Source: Phoronis australis (taxonomy: Eukaryota; Animalia; Phoronida). From it: a DNA stretch of 64,000 bases. Position 1 is the first letter of the stretch; the number at the start of each line of letters is the position of its first letter. A program made the position numbers and the translations under genes. Under the pieces are notes generated by a model. The model was given only the letters and a program-made list of their open reading frames with translations, was not told the DNA's origin and ran no database searches. Where the stretch lies: the NCBI GenBank assembly GCA_002633005.1, contig NMRA01000339.1, positions 268,685 to 332,684 of the forward strand. Reading direction: 5' to 3'. This document shows positions 37,418 to 48,800 of this stretch, piece by piece.

Positions 37418-38884
37418 TTAATGGACATAGCAAGACTCCAATTCTGCGAAACTAAGAAATGCTTTCAAGTAAACCGGAAGCGGGAGCTCATTTAATCGCG
37501 TAATGCTATTCGTCCCCATGATTCTTCTGATAATCTTGCGACTTTGTTCTTTCAAACTCTTCGGTTTGTTCATCGAGTCAAGTAGCCATTGCAAGAGATC
37601 TTGATTAAGCTGCAGCTCGAGTGGGAAACTTGCGGTTTCTACCCAAATATTCAGGTCGCTAAGGTTGCAACCAGCAAGTGCAAGCATTCTTATGGCGTCG
37701 CTAAAATCGCACTCCACCGCTAGCTGAAATGGAGTCAGCGTTTCCAGGTTCCTCGAGAGAACTAACTCCCTATATACCCTTCGTTCAGTTGAACAGTTTG
37801 CTCTGATGAGGTACTTGATGCATTGGGGACTTTTTGAACGAATTGCTAAACTTAAGGGCGTTGGATAAAACTTACACAGTTGTAAGTCAGGACCCACGCC
37901 AGTCTTTAAGAGAAGCAGTAGACATTCTGGGTTGTCATGTTTCGCTGCATAGTGAAGTGCTGTCATTTTCTGGCTGTCCCATATCTCCAGGTTGGCGCCT
38001 TCACGGATCAGAGATTTAATAGCCGCCGCGTGACCCCTTTGAGCTGCAAGGTGCAACGCCGATGCCCCTTCGTGAAAGACCATGTCTCCCCTAGAGACCA
38101 AGGCTTGCACCGTTGTGTCTATCTGTGCACCACCATCGAGCAACAATTCCAAGCAATCGACATGGCCGAAGAAGGAAGCCCAGTGCAAAGCCGTTACTTT
38201 TGCCTTTCCAGCTCGAACATTTACATTTGCGCCCCATTCGATAAGATGACGTAGCATGTCGACGTTGTTCTCTTTCACGGACAACATAAGCGCCGTGTTG
38301 CCTTTCTTGTCGACTTTGTCTATGTCCATTCCCTTTTGAAGCAAGAACTGCGCACATTCCGCGTGTCCTCCAATGCTTGCATGATGTAGTGTGCATTGTC
38401 CATAGTGATCCTGTGTCCACGTGTTTGCCCCGGCGTCCACAAGAACCTTTGCCATTTCCTGCTCACCTCGTCGAACTGCAAACATCAGAGCTGTCAAGCC
38501 GTGCATCGTCTGCGCATCAGGGTCAATGCCTCTGTGCTCTAAAAGAGCCTCCACGCAGTCGGTATTCCCCATCGATGCTGCCCAGTGGAGCGCTGTTGAT
38601 CGTACGCCATACATGCCGCGAGAAACAGAACAATTGGCATCTATCAAAGTTCGGACCACTTTTGCAAAGCCGCATTTGGCGGCGTATATCAGAGGCGTAC
38701 CCCCTCTTGACGTATGCGTGTCAGGTGATGCGCCACATTCAAGAAGAATTTGCACGCATTCATCTCGGCCACATTCTGCTGCGAGGAGCAACGCTTTCCC
38801 TAAAAGTGCCAAGTCTGAGACGCGTCCGCGTTTGGCCAGACATCTGAGACGGGTGGTATTGTTACGTCTAATAGCAGTTCGCAT
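37418..38884 (-). CDS. Ankyrin repeat and SOCS box protein (ASB-like), ~488 aa
   Basis: About 10 ankyrin repeats (TPLIYAA, TALHWAA, TALMFAV, SALHLAA...) and a C-terminal SOCS box PKSLKEQSRKIIRR...LPLPVYLKAFL. An acceptor ttttag just upstream (exon starts 38894) points to the ATG at 38884 rather than the track's 38950; an upstream coding exon cannot be excluded. Confidence 0.93.
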   Translation of the reverse strand: MRTAIRRNNTTRLRCLAKRGRVSDLALLGKALLLAAECGRDECVQILLECGASPDTHTSRGGTPLIYAAKCGFAKVVRTLIDANCSVSRGMYGVRSTALHWAASMGNTDCVEALLEHRGIDPDAQTMHGLTALMFAVRRGEQEMAKVLVDAGANTWTQDHYGQCTLHHASIGGHAECAQFLLQKGMDIDKVDKKGNTALMLSVKENNVDMLRHLIEWGANVNVRAGKAKVTALHWASFFGHVDCLELLLDGGAQIDTTVQALVSRGDMVFHEGASALHLAAQRGHAAAIKSLIREGANLEIWDSQKMTALHYAAKHDNPECLLLLLKTGVGPDLQLCKFYPTPLSLAIRSKSPQCIKYLIRANCSTERRVYRELVLSRNLETLTPFQLAVECDFSDAIRMLALAGCNLSDLNIWVETASFPLELQLNQDLLQWLLDSMNKPKSLKEQSRKIIRRIMGTNSITRLNELPLPVYLKAFLSFAELESCYVH

Positions 38885-41800
38885 TTCAGCAAATCTAAAA
38901 GAAATACGAAAACAACATCCACAATTGAACACCAATGAAGAAACAATCACATGAATTACACATTACACGTAAATAGACAAATAGACTATTAGTCTGTCAA
39001 ACTGTTTTCCCGCTTTTAATTTTCTACAGCAAACAATTAAAAGTTGCGGGTTATTTTTATGAATAAGCAGTGCATACATGTATTTAATTGCACCGGCTTT
39101 ATTTCCCGAGTACAACACTCTTTAAGCACAACGTGATACCACAAAGACAACTACATCATAAGGAATACCACACGGGTACTTTCCCTCGGAGGTGAACAAT
39201 ATCCCCGTAGTCACACTGCCAGTAAGAAAGTTACATGACCTTGTATATTTAAGGCTTCGAAAATACCCGAAGCGTTCCGGATGTTGGCTTAAGGCGTTCG
39301 GAATAGGTACTATTTCCGAAGCCTCGAATTTACGCTCGGTGTTGAACCTTACTTGCGCGTGAGTGAACTTCAGTTTAATGGCCAACCATTCTCCAATTTG
39401 AAGTAATATGACTTGCCATATAACTGAGGCCCACACACGCGCACGTAGCTTACACCACCGAAGGGAAATTCAAGTTGATTCTACTAAAGTACCCGACTTG
39501 TAATTATTTAGTTAGATGATGCCGGCAGTCAGTTGTTATGTAACCACCTATGTGCAAACATTTATAAACTCTATATAATTGTTTGTATTGTTGGGGCCAA
39601 ACTCCCTGATCATCAAAAGTAGTCCCGTTGTCCTTGCCGAAAAAGTTCTTCACCACACAGTAGTCATAAATTGTAATGATGTGACCAAAGGTCTCAAAAT
39701 CGCTGGAAATTGTGCCATATCATACCTTATGGCAGTGATTATGAAAATGTTAATACAAGATATGCACCTCTTAGGCCTACTGTTTCTCATTTGGCTAAGA
39801 AGAATAAGAGGCGTACACCAAAATGAAATGTATTCATTCGAAAAGTGGTTCAGCTTACATGTAGTTATCACAACATTGCAAAAATATTAAACATTTGTGT
39901 TTCATACTGAACGCTAATTCAACAGGCGTGGGAAGNTTTCCATGGCCAAAGGCTGCAAGAAACGAACGTGAATGTGCAGTGAAAAACACCACACACAGGA
40001 GAGTCCAACTAAATACTGTCCGCCTTTGTGACTTATTCATCACATGATAATTTTTCATCTGATATAAGAAATTTCTTTTCTTTAAACAACTGTTTGGAAT
40101 ATATGCAAACAATATAAATCATGACTACTGAACTTACTGTAAAACAAAGAGACGGGGAGCCGCCTCGCTCCTTCTTGAAATACAACCTTTGTATTAACGT
40201 CAGGTTCAAAGGAACTCGAGACTGTTATATTTTTTTGGTTTGATCTTAGACAGTGTACAGTACATGCGAGTCATTTGGGGCTTTACCTGCCCAAGAAAAT
40301 ACAGTTTCTCAATTTAAAGCTACAACTGAATATAACCTTCAATTTCTCAAAGCCAAGCAAGAGTAAAACGCGTCGGTGTAACAAAACGCAAACGTTCCAA
40401 GATTCAGAGGTTGCATCTTCAACAGTTTGAAAGTCGGGATTTTCGAAACTGCGTAAAATTAAATTTTGCACATTCTTGAATAACCAGAAAGGCTTCGTTT
40501 GAGCTGACGCTGTGAATTCTGCTACTGTCTATTTCGTACAGTTGTAAAGAAACAGAAATGTTTTTCAGAGTACTTTTTAAATCCCATTTTCACCCATCCA
40601 CGGGTTTGATGGATCACTCGATATCAGATATATCAGCATTGGATGCGACTGCAATTATTATACTCTCGGCCGCCTGACAAATGTATGTTATATTTTTCGG
40701 AAATCACTAGTGCACATTTTATAAAATTTAAGCCTTGGTCTCGTGAAATTTGATTTACTTTTGTATATTGTACCTGACTATGATTGAGAATTTGTTGTGT
40801 TCTTACAGATACGTGTAATTTGAACAGTTGAAAATACTCCCTGTAGAATACTGGCACGTTTTTGGGTACACTCGATAATAGATTTCCAGCGAAAGAAGTA
40901 ATTTAAATGAAATGAAAATTCTAAATCTTTTAGGTTGGCCTAACAATGCAACACAACTAAGTGATCGAACTACTTTTTATTAATGTTTCAGTAACCAAAA
41001 ATAAAAGTACCCGATATGACTGCACCGAAAATAATGATATTTGCGTATTTCGGCAGCTGAATTATAGGTTGGGTATCTTAAAGAAAGTTTCTTGCAATAG
41101 AGGCGAAACTACACTGTACGAATGTCCAGATATCACCATGCGCATTACAGGCGAACCATGTGATCACACAAGCTTTCACTAGCCAGAAGTATTGCGTTAC
41201 GGAACGGGTCCATGGCTTTGAGAAGCAACTTTCAACATGTATACACAATACATTAGATAACAGTGAAACATGGGTTCCAGCATAGACACAAGGGAAGAAT
41301 TCGTCAACACAAAAATTGCAAAGCCCTACATTTATTCGTACGGCTTCACGCAGCTTCGTGGATATTACAAATGCTGTCGAAGCCAATAACATGCACATTG
41401 GTAGTCAACAGCTCATGAATATAAAGTAAATCATCTATGATACGCTTTAGCTGCATTGAATGAATTTATAAATGGTTTGCACATAAGTGCGCAGATGCAC
41501 GCTGCTGTATACTTACTGGAAAACGCTCGACAAAATCATGGGAATCAACCAAAACGCGAGTTCGCAGCTGATGGTAATAGTCGCGACCTCGAGCAAGCCG
41601 CGGTGATAATATTATCTCTACACTGGAAGTACAGTGTAGCTGGCAAGAACCGAACGGCGCTGATTGCAGGCCGGAATGTTAAACCAATCTCAGTTATCAG
41701 ACTATATATACATGTACATAGTCCAACGTATGTATATAGTTGTAGCTGCATTCATTAGGTACGTGCTGTACTAGTATGTCCACGCAACAATGTCCCGGAT

Positions 41801-42139
41801 GTAGCCTGGTAGTATGCAGTGCCATATGGAGCGTCCGTCAAAAAAGGTTGACAGTCAGAGATTTACGGTACTTTATAAATAAGTACCATTCGCGCTTGAG
41901 TGCGTTACAGAAGTTGATATCATATCTTCCTACCACCAAGCGTTGGGGCTAATAACGGAACATAGTCCAGTCGACGAACTCCACAGGCATATGAGATCAA
42001 ACTGGAAAGGAAACTACGAGAATAAAACAAGGTCTATAGAGCCAGTTAGACGGTTGTTTTGAGTCTATAGTGATCTCTGATAGGCAACCGTTAAAGGTCT
42101 GAATCTCGTCATTGGAGTCAGGCATCGGTGTCATGACAA

Positions 42140-42390
42140 CCATAACCACACTCATCATCACCGTCGTCGTCATCATCATCATCAACATCGTTATCATCAC
42201 ATCATAACTTCATTATAACCGTCATCATCATCATCACCATCATCATCAAGTCCGTCATCATCACCATCATCATCATCATAAAGATCACCATAACCATCAT
42301 CGTCATCATAACCGTCATCATCGTAATTGTCATCACCATCATCAGCCGATCATAAAAACTGTCATCATAACCGTCATCATCTTTTTCATG
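42140..42390. repeat. Degenerate (CAT)n microsatellite
   Basis: catcatcatcaccatcatc runs. Confidence 0.92.
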
Positions 42391-43108
42391 ATAATTGTAG
42401 TCGGTATGCCCAGTCGTGACAACAATTGGCAGGTGCGATGTTTTAATTACATGCCTGCAGATTTCAAGCAACATTGGGCGTATTTCAGTTCTCGAAAATT
42501 AACATTTCCGTTTTTAAGAGGTCGTAATGTAGGCTATGTATGGTGAACAAAGGAAGATAACCCCAAAGGTGTAAAAGACATCCGAGAAAACGAAGGCATG
42601 CAATCTTCATCGCCAGTGGCCACACTAGGACGACTTCGACCGCATGCACATGTGATGATTTTGTGTACACAGACGCGGATATTACGATTCAACATAGAAA
42701 CAAAAGACAACAAATATATGGAAACAATACAAGCTTTTGCTATCCCCAATCAGGCAATGCACTAGTTGTAAGGAAGCAGTAGAAACTCAGCCAGTTGTAA
42801 TTTCTGTTTGGGCATGCTTGAATTTGAAAAGAAATGAAACTTGCCGAAAGGGTATTGCGAAATCGAGTGTCTGGCCTTTGTTGAAAAGTTCAAGCACTGA
42901 AGTAAGACCGGGCGCAACTTCTGCGATGAATAAATAGGCGTCGATCGTTGGCACGGTGCAAACAATTCCCGATATTGGATTCGCCCTGAACTTTCAACTG
43001 CTCTCCGGTGTCAGCAAAACTTTTGATGGGTGGTAATTATTCAAGGTTTAGATATGCAAACAATGTAACTGGTCTAACACAAGTAATCAGTCCTGTACCG
43101 ACCCTGTT

Positions 43109-43351
43109 CATGCCCGCACGCAGCCTAAAATATAGGGGGCTCGAATTTTTGAAAATATGGACCTTTTACTAATAAAAATCGGGGGACTAAAAAAAGGGCG
43201 TTCAGAGCTATGAATTTGGCATTTGCGCACTTTTGTGGACTTTTGTGTCGTTTTCTCGGACTTTTTGTTTCTCTGGGGCGGACCTTTTTTTCCCACTTTG
43301 CCGAATGGGGGCTCGAACTGAACCTCCCCCCTCGCCCGGGGTGCGCGCATG
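43109..43351. mobile_element. ~240-bp MITE, copy 3
   Basis: TIR catgcccgcac / gtgcgcgcatg; exact 5-bp TSD ctgtt. Confidence 0.9.
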
Positions 43352-43794
43352 CTGTTACAAGCATTCTCAAATTGAACACCTTTCACAAAACCTGTTCTGG
43401 TTTTAACAGTCATCTTCACACGCGCATTTCCTCTTTCGAGGCAACGTCATCGAATTCTAGTGTATTTGAAGTCTTGGGATACCAATGTTGGGTTGATTAC
43501 TGATAATTCGCCGCGACAAGCAATTCAAAGGACCTGCAACAATAGCCACCTGTCACATTTATTCTAACAGTTCAGAAAGAAAAAGGATGACGGGCCATTT
43601 CTGTTTTACTGAGGGACCTAAATCAATAGCTAGCTATTGAATGAGCGAATGCGTTCATTGCCCCTTTAACCTCTTAGTGTACATGTCAGGTACAGTGTTC
43701 GTCTGACGTACGCTTTTTCCTACGTCAGTTGAAGTCGTCATGTGGCCGCTAGCTGTCATATGCCACATAGAGGTAGCCCGTAAATATATGGATT

Positions 43795-43920
43795 GGTTGC
43801 AACATTTTAAATATCTTGCCAACATTTTGCTTAAATGTTTTGCCAACATGGCCAAAAAATTTTCTCGACATTTAAAAAAATTATCAACATTTTATTTAAA
43901 TGTTGCCAACAAATGTTCAT
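43795..43920. repeat. AT-rich degenerate tandem repeat (tgccaacatttt...aaatgtt)
   Basis: Repeated ttgc(c)aacatttt units; a similar style of repeat lies near 8530-8600. Confidence 0.5.
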
Positions 43921-45788
43921 ATTACCATGATTTTGGAGTATAAATCTGTGTTGAATTTCTTCCAATTCGGCATTTCATACAAAATTAAATGTACACATAC
44001 TTTTACTGATGTAAATACTGTGCTCTTTAATTGCTTGTAACGGTTACTTTACTGGATCTCAATAGTTCGAATTAATCTCCACACAAATCTCCCTCAGTAA
44101 TATGACATGCTTAGGTGGGTCAAGACAGACTCCTCACACTGAAATGGGGCAGCATCAAGTAGGCCCGGCCCCTCATGTTTTTGAACTTATTTCCAAGCTG
44201 CACCCTACTCTTAAATTAATGTGACCAAAGAGATCAAACTGTCGCCTTTAGCAAAACGACAAGAATCATTCAATGGATGTTCGGCATGTACAGTACATGT
44301 ATTCATCGCCTGTAAGGAGTTTTGTTTGCGGAAGACAGGGTCACAGAAATACATATCAACAGTACAAAGGGTTTATTGTGACTCTTAATTCATGACTTGT
44401 GTGAAACCCAGGCCTCTCGGTGGTCTGTGTGAGACCCGTCCCTCTCTTGGTGGATTACGCCGTGTTTGCGTTGTAATGACGGCCAGTTTGTTTTGTGCCA
44501 CTGAGTATTTACACGTTTTATTGACGAAGGCATACGACGTTACTTGTAACTGCACTTAAAGGAAGACAGGGTAAAGGTATTGTGAAAGTAAAGCTAAAAT
44601 TTAACATAGATTAAGCCAACTACAGACTCGTGGACAGGCGTCAAGAATCGACATTACCTTTGCGCTATGAAGGTAAAACTGACAATGATCACGATAGGTT
44701 GATTACTGGCTCTTCAGTGACAACGTTTCCTTTCTCCGAAAGCGTTACATGAAAACAACGAGCCTTGCCAACTGAAAAGATTAACCCTAGTGATAAGTAC
44801 AGGCCTGTTCAGAGAAAAAACTCTAGTTCTTTTTATCTTTAGTAACTGCATGTTTGGTGAAACAGATAGACGAAAAGAATGATAGTCGTACAGTGATAGA
44901 TAAAAGCCAACCATAAGTCTGTTGTATTCTAGAGCAGCGAAGCAAACAACGTTGTGCGATTTTTCAGTTACGGTGTATCATATAATCTTGTCTTTCACGT
45001 TTATAACTTGATTTCACAGGGCGAGAACTCTCGGCGACACAGGCGCAAGGGCTTGGTTTAGTAAAGGTACGAATTTTTTAATCTAAGTTAAGTCAACTTT
45101 CAAGGCTATAGACCTACTCGTGTCATGTTTTAGGGGCAGTAATCGCCGTCGGCTGTGCTTAAAATATATCCGAAGTGTGTTCGTGGGAATTACAGCAAAA
45201 CAATAAAATCGGCACAGACCTTTGCTTAAAATAAGGTCAAAGATATTTCTAGAAATTATACATTTGTTGGAAACATGCCTCCGAATGACTTGGACATAAA
45301 GGACTAATTCACAGTGCGCTCTTTGACAAAGCGACGACATAGGTGTTTACTAGGCCTACGTAGAATTACTACAAGTTCACAAATTATAGAGCTGTAAGTC
45401 ATTCCTTTTCATTAACTGCTGCAAACCAATAAAAGTGAGTCTGTCTGAATTGTCCAATCTTGCTATTCTGTGAGTCCACACAGTATGCATGCACGTTGCA
45501 AGCACATCGTCGTACATTCTTCCGTTTCCGAATTGTCTCTAGTATGTTTTGCCGTGTAACAATAGTTCTTACCTGACAACGTTTAGCGTTGGTCTTTGTA
45601 TGGACAATAATAGTATGGGGTTTTGTATCGAATGCTTTCCCGTTGCCCTACGCTTGCGTGAGTGGACGGAATACCACGCTATACTATCAGCTAAAGGAAC
45701 CTATTTTCATCCGTCAACTATATTTGAGTCTTTAAATTTCTATTTCAGAAATGGACGGACTGATCCAGTAAAGTACTGCAAAAAACCC

Positions 45789-45849
45789 ATGGACACAGCA
45801 GTTAGGACGTTAATCATTATCAGCACGGCATGCGTGTTGGGTCCAGAAG
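45789..45849 (+). CDS. RPTP putative signal-peptide exon (MDTAVRTLIIISTACVLGPE)
   Basis: Hydrophobic N-terminus; phase-1 donor gtagag matches the next exon; acceptor at 45748 implies an upstream UTR exon. Confidence 0.55.
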
Positions 45850-48800
45850 GTAGAGAAGCTGCCGCAATACATATGTATATTGAATGCACTGATTGAATAG
45901 CAAAACACGTATTACTGTACTTATCACTGGCTTGAGGACGAACGTCTTAAGAATTGAAAAATGGGTCAGACTCAGTTTTTGCTTTTTATAAGGTTGACAC
46001 TTCACAATATTTAAGAATTAAATAATTTAATTTGGGGTATACAGAACTGGAAACAAACTTAAGTAATTCGATGACCCGAAATGTTTGTGAGAAAAGAACG
46101 GTTCAAACTTAACGAGGTGTTTCAATGAATCTTGCCAGCTGAGAGACATTTCGCAAACTTAAGCACAAAAACTTGATTCGAGTTCTTCATCAATCTTCAA
46201 ATGCCGTTGTGATGTACAAAAGAATTATCATGTATGTTTTACTGTCGATGCGTAAGAGCGAAAGAACACGGAAACTGACGAATACCGTGTATTGAATACT
46301 TTATAGCACATTTTAAACCTTGTTTTCGAGCAAACAATTTAATTACTTCAAGGTATGTTCGAAGCGCTTCTGCTAATTTTGCGAAAACATACCTTTTTAC
46401 ACATGTCCTCGTGTTATTTGTTTGCTTGTACAATGCTTTATTTATTCACTTATTCATTCATTATATTAATTTTGTATGTATTGATTGGTTTTGTACTTGT
46501 ACCTTGTTCTTATTAATCATCCTTATTAGTTTGTATCCCTGTCCGTATCTATCATTCCTTGTTCAATCGATGTTAAATCAACCGAATCAACCTATTAACC
46601 TACAAATCAATCAATTAATCAATCGGTTTCAGTATCTCTTACGGACAGACCTGGGTCCAACACCCAACACCAAGCTGCGGTCGCACTACGCTCTACAACA
46701 TCAACTCTTGTGTCGTCAGAGGGCGTGAACATCCCGGAGAATGTATCATCAGGATACTACAGAAAGCAGACGTCCAAAAGCGCAACAACCAGTTACGTCA
46801 CAGGGAAACCTTACTGGAATTCGACATCATTTGTTTCTCCATCGATCGACAGTGTGCATTCACGAACTAATAACTCCATTTTCCCATCAGCAAATCTCAA
46901 GGGCTCGACGGAAAGCGTCCAGTCGCCACTGGATTCCTTTTTCACCAATGCCAAATCCACTACAAGCCTTGGATCTGCCGTGAGTTCGTCGCCTTTTCAA
47001 ATGTCAAGAAGTATAAATACCCACCATGAGATTACAGTTTCCGCTATTACACCATCAGATACTGAAGCACTTTCCTTGCATATCTTGCCATCAAGCATTG
47101 CAGCTGATTCCATTTCACCAGCGGTTCCGAAGGTGTCAACTGTAGCAAGTTCAACCGAAGCTATCGCTTTACCAATTTCACCATCTACTCACGGAACAAG
47201 CATCCTTATTTTTAAGACAGAAACAAGGACAGTGTCACCTAAGGCTCCACAACAAGGTGAGATTTGTGTTCGCTATTTCACATGCCTAGAGCAGATACAA
47301 ATGTTATTCAAAACTGTTAGCGTCATGATGTGCTTCAGATGGGATGCATTACGCACAGACCTTCGTACACAGATTCGTAAACTCTCCTACGACAATTAAA
47401 GATTTAAATTCGTAATACAATGAGATATCATCACTTTGGTTATTTTTCCAAGGCTGTACATTTCTCTGTTTTGTTTTATTTATAGGTCCAACAAAGCACC
47501 CTGGATTCTGGGAGCAGTCTGTCGTATGGTGGTGCATTTGTGTATTACTCAGCGTCATCATGTTCACGGCGGCCACGCTGATCTATTTCAGGTATGATGG
47601 AGACTTTCAGTAACTCGTGTTTCAGTTTGTTGGAGTTTGAATGGTTTGGCAACGTGGCTGAATCCTGCTTACACACTAACGTTGATTCTCTACCCCACTA
47701 CCACACGTGCATTTTGCCGCAACTGTGAGAATATACAAAATAGTGTTGGTTCCTCATCTTTTAAAGTAACAATAAATGTTGAAAAATAAAAATGAGTTGC
47801 GTTCAACATTTTTCATGAAGTAAAACTGAGAACCACAAAGGGGTCAAACAGCACTAAACATCCATCATTTCAAGCGATTCTCTAGATCAATATGCAGACA
47901 CCCCAGGCAAAGATGAAAGGTGTTAGGGTTGTGAGGTTGACAAGTGTCGCCATATACTCCTCCAGAAACCAAATTTCACCAAGGAACCCCCAATGGGTCG
48001 CTACATATTTTCCAGGACTGCTTTTGATGAAGAATGAATCATTCAAAATTAAAACAATCGATGAGGGTGCTAGGAAATTTAATCTGTTCAGTGTATCTCC
48101 AACATGCACATTTACTTCTGTTGTATTTTAACAAGAAACGGCTGGTTTCTAGATATCATCTCTAAAAACATTTTAGCAAAGACTGTTAACGTAAACTAAA
48201 GAGGGCCCCCAGGATAAGCTTGACTTTGAAACTTTTGACCTCTCAAATACCAGAGAGATGAGTTTTGTTGAAGCCTGTCACAGTTATCGCTACCCTCTGA
48301 CACGGCGCCCTCTATACCTTCGTAGCACTTTGGAGAGTGTAAGTAATAGCCGGACAAATGGGTATGACTGTTCAGAAACAGAAATGGGCAAACATTGTGC
48401 TGGGTTTGGAGAATCTATGCGAAATTCAGTGGCAGATCTACGATTTCAGTAAGGGGGGGGGGGGGGTNAGATCCGCCTCTGAAATTGGTTGCGCTACCTA
48501 TAGGCGTATTCCCGTCACTATAGATATCATCGAAAACGCTTGGCTAGGAAATTCTCGATTAAACTAATATCGCTTAAAATTTGTCGAAAAGTCGATTCCT
48601 GAGTTTGCACTTCTGGTATCTATGTAGCATCTGCACGCGCGTACCCTGGACTGTCAAATTCGCCTATAAACTTGAACGTCCTACCGCCAAATCTTACAGT
48701 TTTACGTAGAGCGGTAAACATTTTTCGTCACCATCCAAAAGTGCAACTAATGATTTTGATAACATGTATCACCTCCACTGCACTGCAAATATACTGTTAA

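Noticed and set aside
37834-38954. Plus-strand ORFs of 61-177 aa
   Set aside because: Antisense shadows of the ankyrin/SOCS-box CDS, with no motifs.
41997-42474. Poly-Met ORFs
   Set aside because: Translations of the (CAT)n microsatellite.
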